From Brevibacterium sandarakinum (GTDB taxonomy: Bacteria; Actinomycetota; Actinomycetes; Actinomycetales; Brevibacteriaceae): a stretch of DNA of 64,000 nt. The position numbers and the translations under genes were made by a program. Positions 59,414-64,000 of this stretch are shown here, in pieces (position 1 is the first letter of the stretch; the number at the start of each line of letters is the position of its first letter). The stretch lies in contig NZ_JAKDJU010000002.1 in NCBI RefSeq assembly GCF_030453725.1, forward strand, positions 324 through 64,323, read 5' to 3'. Below the pieces are notes generated by a model. That model was not told the DNA's origin and did no database searches. It saw only the letters and a list, made by a program, of their open reading frames with translations.

Positions 59414-60573
59414 GACTCCAACGTGTCCTTGAGTACGGGCGCACTCAATTCGACCTGCCACTGCCTGGCACCTCGCTCGACGAGGAACTCCTCGACGTCG
59501 ACCCGTGGCTGGGCTCCGAGCGCCTTGACGATGGCAGGCTGGAGCAGCACGTCGTGAGGAATCGCATGTGCTTCGGCCAGCTCTGCCATCGCAGCCTTGA
59601 GCGCGGCGACTCTGTCCTTGAGGTCTGTGTGGCTGAAGGGCGTCCGCGCCTGCACCGCCTTCGCATCCTTCCGCAGCGGCAGCTCGTCGACCGTGAGCCG
59701 AGTCGCTTTGCGGTAGGCCCGAAAGAGCCGACCGGCGTCCGCACGGGAAAGCTTGGGCCACGTCGCCATGACGTCATCGCTCGAATGCAGCCGAGATTGG
59801 GCCAGGGCGACAAGATCACGATCGCGCAGAACGCGAGACGGCGCAATATCGGCTTCGGCGCCCATGGCATCACGAGCAGTCCACAGTTCCCGCACCTTGG
59901 CGATGTCCCTGCGTGACTTGAGTTTGGTCAATCCGTGGGTTCGGCGCCAGGGCTCGTCGTAGTGCTTGGGCTGGAAGTCGAGGAGATTCTCGAATTCCTG
60001 CCGTGCGAATTCCCATTTATCGGCTTCGATGAGCAATTCGTGGAGAATATCGCGAATGGGCAGCAGGACCTCGACGTCCAGTGCGGCATAGTTGAGCCAT
60101 TCTTTCGGCAACGGTCGCTTCGACCAATCGGCCGCGGAATGCTCCTTGGCCAGGCGGATTCCGAGAGTCCTTTCCGCCACAGCCGCCAGACCGAACTTCT
60201 CCCACCCGAGCATCCGTGCCGCGAGTTCGGTGTCGAAGAGCACCTTCGGGCGCATGCCCCGCTCCTGCAGACAGGGCAGGTCCTGAGTCACGGAGTGAAT
60301 GACCCATTCGTCTTCGCCGAATGAGGAATTGAGCGGACTGAGGTCCGCGAGCACTTCCGAGTCGAGGAGGACGGTGCCGGCACCCGATCGTCTCAACTGC
60401 ACCAGAAACGCGCGTTGGCCGTATCTGATGCCCGAAGCACGTTCGGCATCGATGGCGATGGGGCCGGATCCGTGCGCGAGCTCTCGACAGGCCATGGAGA
60501 ATTCGTCCGAGGTGTCGATGAGGGGCGGGACGCCGTGAGCGGGTGTGGCCAAGAGCGGTAGTTCGGATGTCAT
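59398..60573 (-). CDS. rnd: RNase D-like 3'-5' exonuclease with an HRDC domain
   Basis: 391 aa. DEDD exonuclease motifs (IAIDAERASG, HSVTQDLPCL, YAALDVEVLL) followed by an HRDC-like region. Confidence 0.8.
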   Translation of the reverse strand: MTSELPLLATPAHGVPPLIDTSDEFSMACRELAHGSGPIAIDAERASGIRYGQRAFLVQLRRSGAGTVLLDSEVLADLSPLNSSFGEDEWVIHSVTQDLPCLQERGMRPKVLFDTELAARMLGWEKFGLAAVAERTLGIRLAKEHSAADWSKRPLPKEWLNYAALDVEVLLPIRDILHELLIEADKWEFARQEFENLLDFQPKHYDEPWRRTHGLTKLKSRRDIAKVRELWTARDAMGAEADIAPSRVLRDRDLVALAQSRLHSSDDVMATWPKLSRADAGRLFRAYRKATRLTVDELPLRKDAKAVQARTPFSHTDLKDRVAALKAAMAELAEAHAIPHDVLLQPAIVKALGAQPRVDVEEFLVERGARQWQVELSAPVLKDTLESLPAA

Positions 60574-61193
60574 CGACGTCGCCCGGGCAGGGCTGAAACT
60601 CCTTCAGGAAGCGGTGGCAGTCCGGCAACTGTGCACAGCAGATCGATCCATGCTTCGAAGTGATCGCCGATCAGTTCCGGTTCCGCGATCACGGGGGTCC
60701 ATGAAGCGCGCAGCTCCAAGTCTATCGTGGACGGTCGGTCGGCAAGAGTGCCGAAACTCTCCGAGAGCACACGGGTGGTTGTGCCACCGGCGGCGGCGAC
60801 GTCGCAGTCATTGGCTTCGAGGGCTTCCTCGAGCCAGGTCCAGGCGACAGGGCCGAGCATCGTCTCGTTGCCGAGCTCATGTTCGAGCTCGGCACGGATG
60901 TAGGACACGACTCGGAACTGGCCCTCCCATTCATCGGGGGAGCTGGGGTCGTAGAGGACGACGATGCGGCCGGTGGCCAATTCGTCGATCGCCTCACCAC
61001 TGGCACGCAGAAAGGTGTCATCGGCGCTGACTTCAGCACCCAGAGCATAGGAGTACGGAGCCAAGCGGGCAGGCGCCGGTATTTCCGAGATCGAGACGTT
61101 GTTCGTGTTCCGAGCTTCGCGCAGAACCGAGGTCACGACGGAGAACTCCGACGGAATGCGATTGAGAGGTGAGGTGTTGACCACACTCGCCAC
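60570..61193 (-). CDS. DUF3000 family protein
   Basis: 207 aa. It overlaps the downstream RNase D-like gene by 4 nt. The EIPAPARLAPYSYAL pattern and its position next to hemE match the neighbourhood I recall from other actinobacteria. Confidence 0.65.
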   Translation of the reverse strand: MASVVNTSPLNRIPSEFSVVTSVLREARNTNNVSISEIPAPARLAPYSYALGAEVSADDTFLRASGEAIDELATGRIVVLYDPSSPDEWEGQFRVVSYIRAELEHELGNETMLGPVAWTWLEEALEANDCDVAAAGGTTTRVLSESFGTLADRPSTIDLELRASWTPVIAEPELIGDHFEAWIDLLCTVAGLPPLPEGVSALPGRRR

Positions 61194-61384
61194 GATAGAT
61201 CAGGCCACGGTGGAGGTGAACCGTCCACGCCGACGCGGGACGAAGAGATTTCGCTCCAGACCTCCCACGGCCTCCCCTCAGGATCCCGCGGGCCTGCCGC
61301 CAGGACGAGTCTGCCGCCAAGACACAGCGTCTTGAAACCGGAACCCGGTGGGCAGCGATCCGTCCGGGGTGGGAGGATGGGGGC

Positions 61385-62431
61385 ATGACATCAACCTTGT
61401 TGCCCGCCCTGCGCGGAGAGCCGATTGCGCACACTCCGGTCTGGTTCATGCGGCAGGCCGGCCGATCCCTTCCCGAATATCGCAAGCTGCGTGCGGGCAC
61501 TGCGATGCTCGATGCCTGCCGTGACCCGGAGCTCGTCTCGGAGATCACGTGTCAGCCGGTGCGTCGCCATGGTGTGGACGCCGCCATCTTCTTCTCCGAC
61601 ATCGTGGTGCCGCTGCAGGCAGCCGGCGTCGATGTCGAGATCGTCCCCGGCACAGGACCCGTGATCGCGAACCCGATCCGCAGCCGTTCCGACGTCGAAG
61701 CGCTGCCCGGGCTCGAGCCGGATCAGATCCCCGACATCGCGGAATCCATCGGCCGGATCCGCGAAGAGCTGGGCCAGGCGACTCCGCTCATCGGCTTCGC
61801 AGGCGCGCCGTTCACGCTGGCCAGCTATCTCATCGAGGGTGGGCCGAGCAAGAACCATGAGAAGACCAAATCCCTCATGGCCTCCGAACCGGAGACCTTC
61901 TCCCTGCTGCTGAGCAAGCTCGCTCGGATCTCCTCGACATTCCTCGACGTTCAGCTGGGCGCCGGAGCCTCCGCGTTCCAACTCTTCGACTCCTGGGCCG
62001 GATACCTGTCCCGACGTGACTACGAAGCCCACGTCCTCGAACACTCCACCTCGGTCTTCGAATCGCTGCGCCACCACGAGGTCCCGAGCATTCACTTCGG
62101 TGTCCAGACCGGTGAGCTCCTGGCTTCCATGTCACGCGCCGGCTCCACAGCCGTCGGCGTCGACTTCCGCGTCGACCTGACCGATGCCTCGACACGAGTG
62201 CAGCCGGGGCAGCCGCTGCAGGGCAACCTCGATCCGGCATTGCTCTTCGCTCCATGGGAAGCGCTAGCGCCACGGATCGAGGAGATCGTGAGACAGGGCC
62301 TCGAACATGAGGCAGGCTTCGTCTTCAACCTCGGTCACGGTGTCCTTCCCGACACGGACCCGGACGTGCCCGGACGGATCGTGGACGAAGTCCACCGCGT
62401 CTCCGAAGAGATCCTGGCCGCACGGGGCTGA
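61385..62431 (+). CDS. hemE: Uroporphyrinogen decarboxylase
   Basis: 348 aa. Motifs PVWFMRQAGRSLPEY, FSDIVVPL, FDSWAG and NLGHG. Confidence 0.95.
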   Translation: MTSTLLPALRGEPIAHTPVWFMRQAGRSLPEYRKLRAGTAMLDACRDPELVSEITCQPVRRHGVDAAIFFSDIVVPLQAAGVDVEIVPGTGPVIANPIRSRSDVEALPGLEPDQIPDIAESIGRIREELGQATPLIGFAGAPFTLASYLIEGGPSKNHEKTKSLMASEPETFSLLLSKLARISSTFLDVQLGAGASAFQLFDSWAGYLSRRDYEAHVLEHSTSVFESLRHHEVPSIHFGVQTGELLASMSRAGSTAVGVDFRVDLTDASTRVQPGQPLQGNLDPALLFAPWEALAPRIEEIVRQGLEHEAGFVFNLGHGVLPDTDPDVPGRIVDEVHRVSEEILAARG

Positions 62432-62435
62432 GGCG

Positions 62436-63833
62436 ATGAGTCACATCACGATCGTCGGGGGAGGCATCTCCGGTCTCGTCACCGCCTATCGCCTTGTCCC
62501 CGACCATCAGGTCACTGTTCTCGAAGCCGGGCCCCGCCTCGGCGGGTGCCTGAACTCGACGACTCTGGACGGGGCAGTGCCGGTCGGTTTGGACACCGGT
62601 GCCGAGGCCAGCCTGTACCGGCGCAGGGAGACGAAGGACCTTGCCGCAGAACTGGGCTTGGACGTGGAGTTCCCCTCTGCTGCGCACAGTTCTCGAGTCT
62701 TCTCGGGTGGACAGCTCCAGGCGATTCCCAAACGCACTGTGATGGGTGTGCCAGGGGATGCGGCCGAGGTCAGAGACCTTCTGGGTGCGGCAGCCAGCGA
62801 CCGGATCGCGCACGAGGTCATTACGCCGGCGATCGCCGGTGAGGATACGTCGTTGGGAGATTTCCTGACAGACCGCCTCGGCGCGGATATCGTCGATACG
62901 CTCATCGATCCGCTGCTCGGGGGAGTGTATGCAGGACGATGCCGAGACCTGTCATTGGCCTCCACCGTGCCCGCTCTGCTGCCGGCTGCAGTGGAGGGGA
63001 CCTCGGTGCTCGAACTTGTTCAGAGTCTCCTCGCCGCGCGTGATGCACAGTCTGCGGCGCGGACAGATGGCCAGGACCCGGAACCGGTATTCATGAGCCT
63101 CGTCGGCGGGATCAATCGCCTGGTCTCGGTGCTCGAGGAGCACATCCGCTCCCACGGCGGTACGATCCGCACCGGCACGCACGTGAGGTCCGTGCACTCC
63201 GACAACGGCCGCTGGACCGTGGGCACCGACGACTCCACCGTCGAATCCGAGGCCCTCGTGCTGGCCACCCCTGCACACGTGACGAAGGACCTCATCGCCG
63301 AGGCGGCTCCTGAGTCCGCATCGATGCTGGCTTCCGTGCCCTATGCGACCACCGCGTTGATCCCGGCTCTCATCGAGATCGGGGATGGGGAGCTCGAAGG
63401 ATCCGGATTCCTAGTCCCGCCGACGGAGAAGTCATTCATCAAGGCCTCGACGTTCGTGTCGAACAAGTGGCCGTGGCTGCGGGAACGCATTCCCGAGGGC
63501 ACCGCTGTGATCAGAATGAGCATCGGCCGCTACGGGGACGGGCCCGGGGGGTGGCAGGACTGCGATGACGAACAGCTCATCGCACGTGCCTTCGAGGACT
63601 GGCAGAGGATCAGCGGTCGAGGATCGGACCGACTCATCGCGGCCGAGACCCACCGGTGGGAACGTGCTCTGCCGCAGTACCTGCCAGGGCACGGCGAAAC
63701 GGTCGCGAGAATCGATGAGGAGATCGCCGGCATCGACGGCCTTGAACTGGCAGGTTCTGCCTATTTCGGTGTGGGCATCCCCGCATGCATCGACCGTGCC
63801 GAGACCGTCGTTGCGAGAATCACATCCACCTGA
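62436..63833 (+). CDS. hemY: Protoporphyrinogen/coproporphyrinogen III oxidase (HemY/CgoX, FAD-dependent)
   Basis: MSHITIVGGGISGLVTAYRL is a dinucleotide-binding motif. About 465 aa, following hemE. I chose the ATG at 62436; the ORF-track start at 62307 overlaps hemE. Confidence 0.85.
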   Translation: MSHITIVGGGISGLVTAYRLVPDHQVTVLEAGPRLGGCLNSTTLDGAVPVGLDTGAEASLYRRRETKDLAAELGLDVEFPSAAHSSRVFSGGQLQAIPKRTVMGVPGDAAEVRDLLGAAASDRIAHEVITPAIAGEDTSLGDFLTDRLGADIVDTLIDPLLGGVYAGRCRDLSLASTVPALLPAAVEGTSVLELVQSLLAARDAQSAARTDGQDPEPVFMSLVGGINRLVSVLEEHIRSHGGTIRTGTHVRSVHSDNGRWTVGTDDSTVESEALVLATPAHVTKDLIAEAAPESASMLASVPYATTALIPALIEIGDGELEGSGFLVPPTEKSFIKASTFVSNKWPWLRERIPEGTAVIRMSIGRYGDGPGGWQDCDDEQLIARAFEDWQRISGRGSDRLIAAETHRWERALPQYLPGHGETVARIDEEIAGIDGLELAGSAYFGVGIPACIDRAETVVARITST

Positions 63834-63904
63834 GGATGATCACCGAGAACTGACCACCGAAACACCGTGCGCAAGCACCGACGTACACAGAAGAAGGAGC
63901 AGGA

Positions 63905-64000
63905 ATGAGCGAATACTCCAAGCCCAGCGAGGAGCAGATCGAACAGGCGAACAGCGAGACGCGTTATATCGCGTATTCGGTATTCGCTTCGGCAGGAGAA
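63905..64000 (+). CDS. chdC: Probable coproheme decarboxylase ChdC/HemQ, 5' fragment (runs off the window)
   Basis: AGGAGCAGGA RBS, then ATG at 63905. Only 32 codons are visible (MSEYSKPSEEQIEQANSETRYIAYSVFASAGE). The call rests mainly on the hemE-hemY-chdC gene order. Confidence 0.45.
   Translation, partial: MSEYSKPSEEQIEQANSETRYIAYSVFASAGE

Overview
This is a GC-rich actinobacterial core-chromosome segment (GC not computed). Gene order looks Micrococcales/Brevibacterium-like and resembles, from memory, the Mycobacterium dcw and sigA-dut-trkA-dxs-hemE neighbourhoods.

Content in order:
- A complete dcw division/cell-wall cluster: mraZ-rsmH-ftsL-ftsI-murE-murF-mraY-murD-ftsW-murG-murC-ftsQ-ftsZ, then pgeF-sepF-yggT-divIVA.
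- lspA-rluD, dnaE, hisD-nrdR.
- helD and a spermidine-synthase-like gene on the minus strand, a DUF4192 gene, and sigA.
- A lipoprotein amidase and a ParE/GyrB-like topoisomerase subunit.
- A BlaI-family repressor with an M56 protease, divergent from cydA-cydB and a fused cydDC.
- sepH, ferrochelatase, a run of conserved DUF genes with dut, two trkA genes, an APC permease, an RNA methyltransferase, acn, dxs, an RNase D-like gene, DUF3000, and hemE-hemY-chdC (truncated at the window end).

Many adjacent genes overlap by 4-10 nt, which suggests translationally coupled operons.

I found no rRNA, tRNA, CRISPR array, transposase, integrase, prophage or recognisable defence genes. This looks like an ordinary housekeeping region, not an accessory island, and I cannot support a claim of a wholly novel multi-gene system.

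The points most worth a second look:
1. Two abutting perfect TTCTAC-N5-GTAGAA palindromes on the cydA promoter, next to the divergent BlaI/M56 pair.
2. CydD and CydC encoded as one ORF, joined by a linker of 18-nt tandem repeats.
3. A tidy 77-nt three-way-junction RNA-like element with a cUUCGg tetraloop downstream of nrdR.
4. A perfect 18-bp palindrome upstream of acn.
5. A 500-nt non-coding, hairpin-rich acn-dxs spacer.

All start codons were chosen by eye from frame, RBS and homology memory. They are less certain than the stop coordinates.
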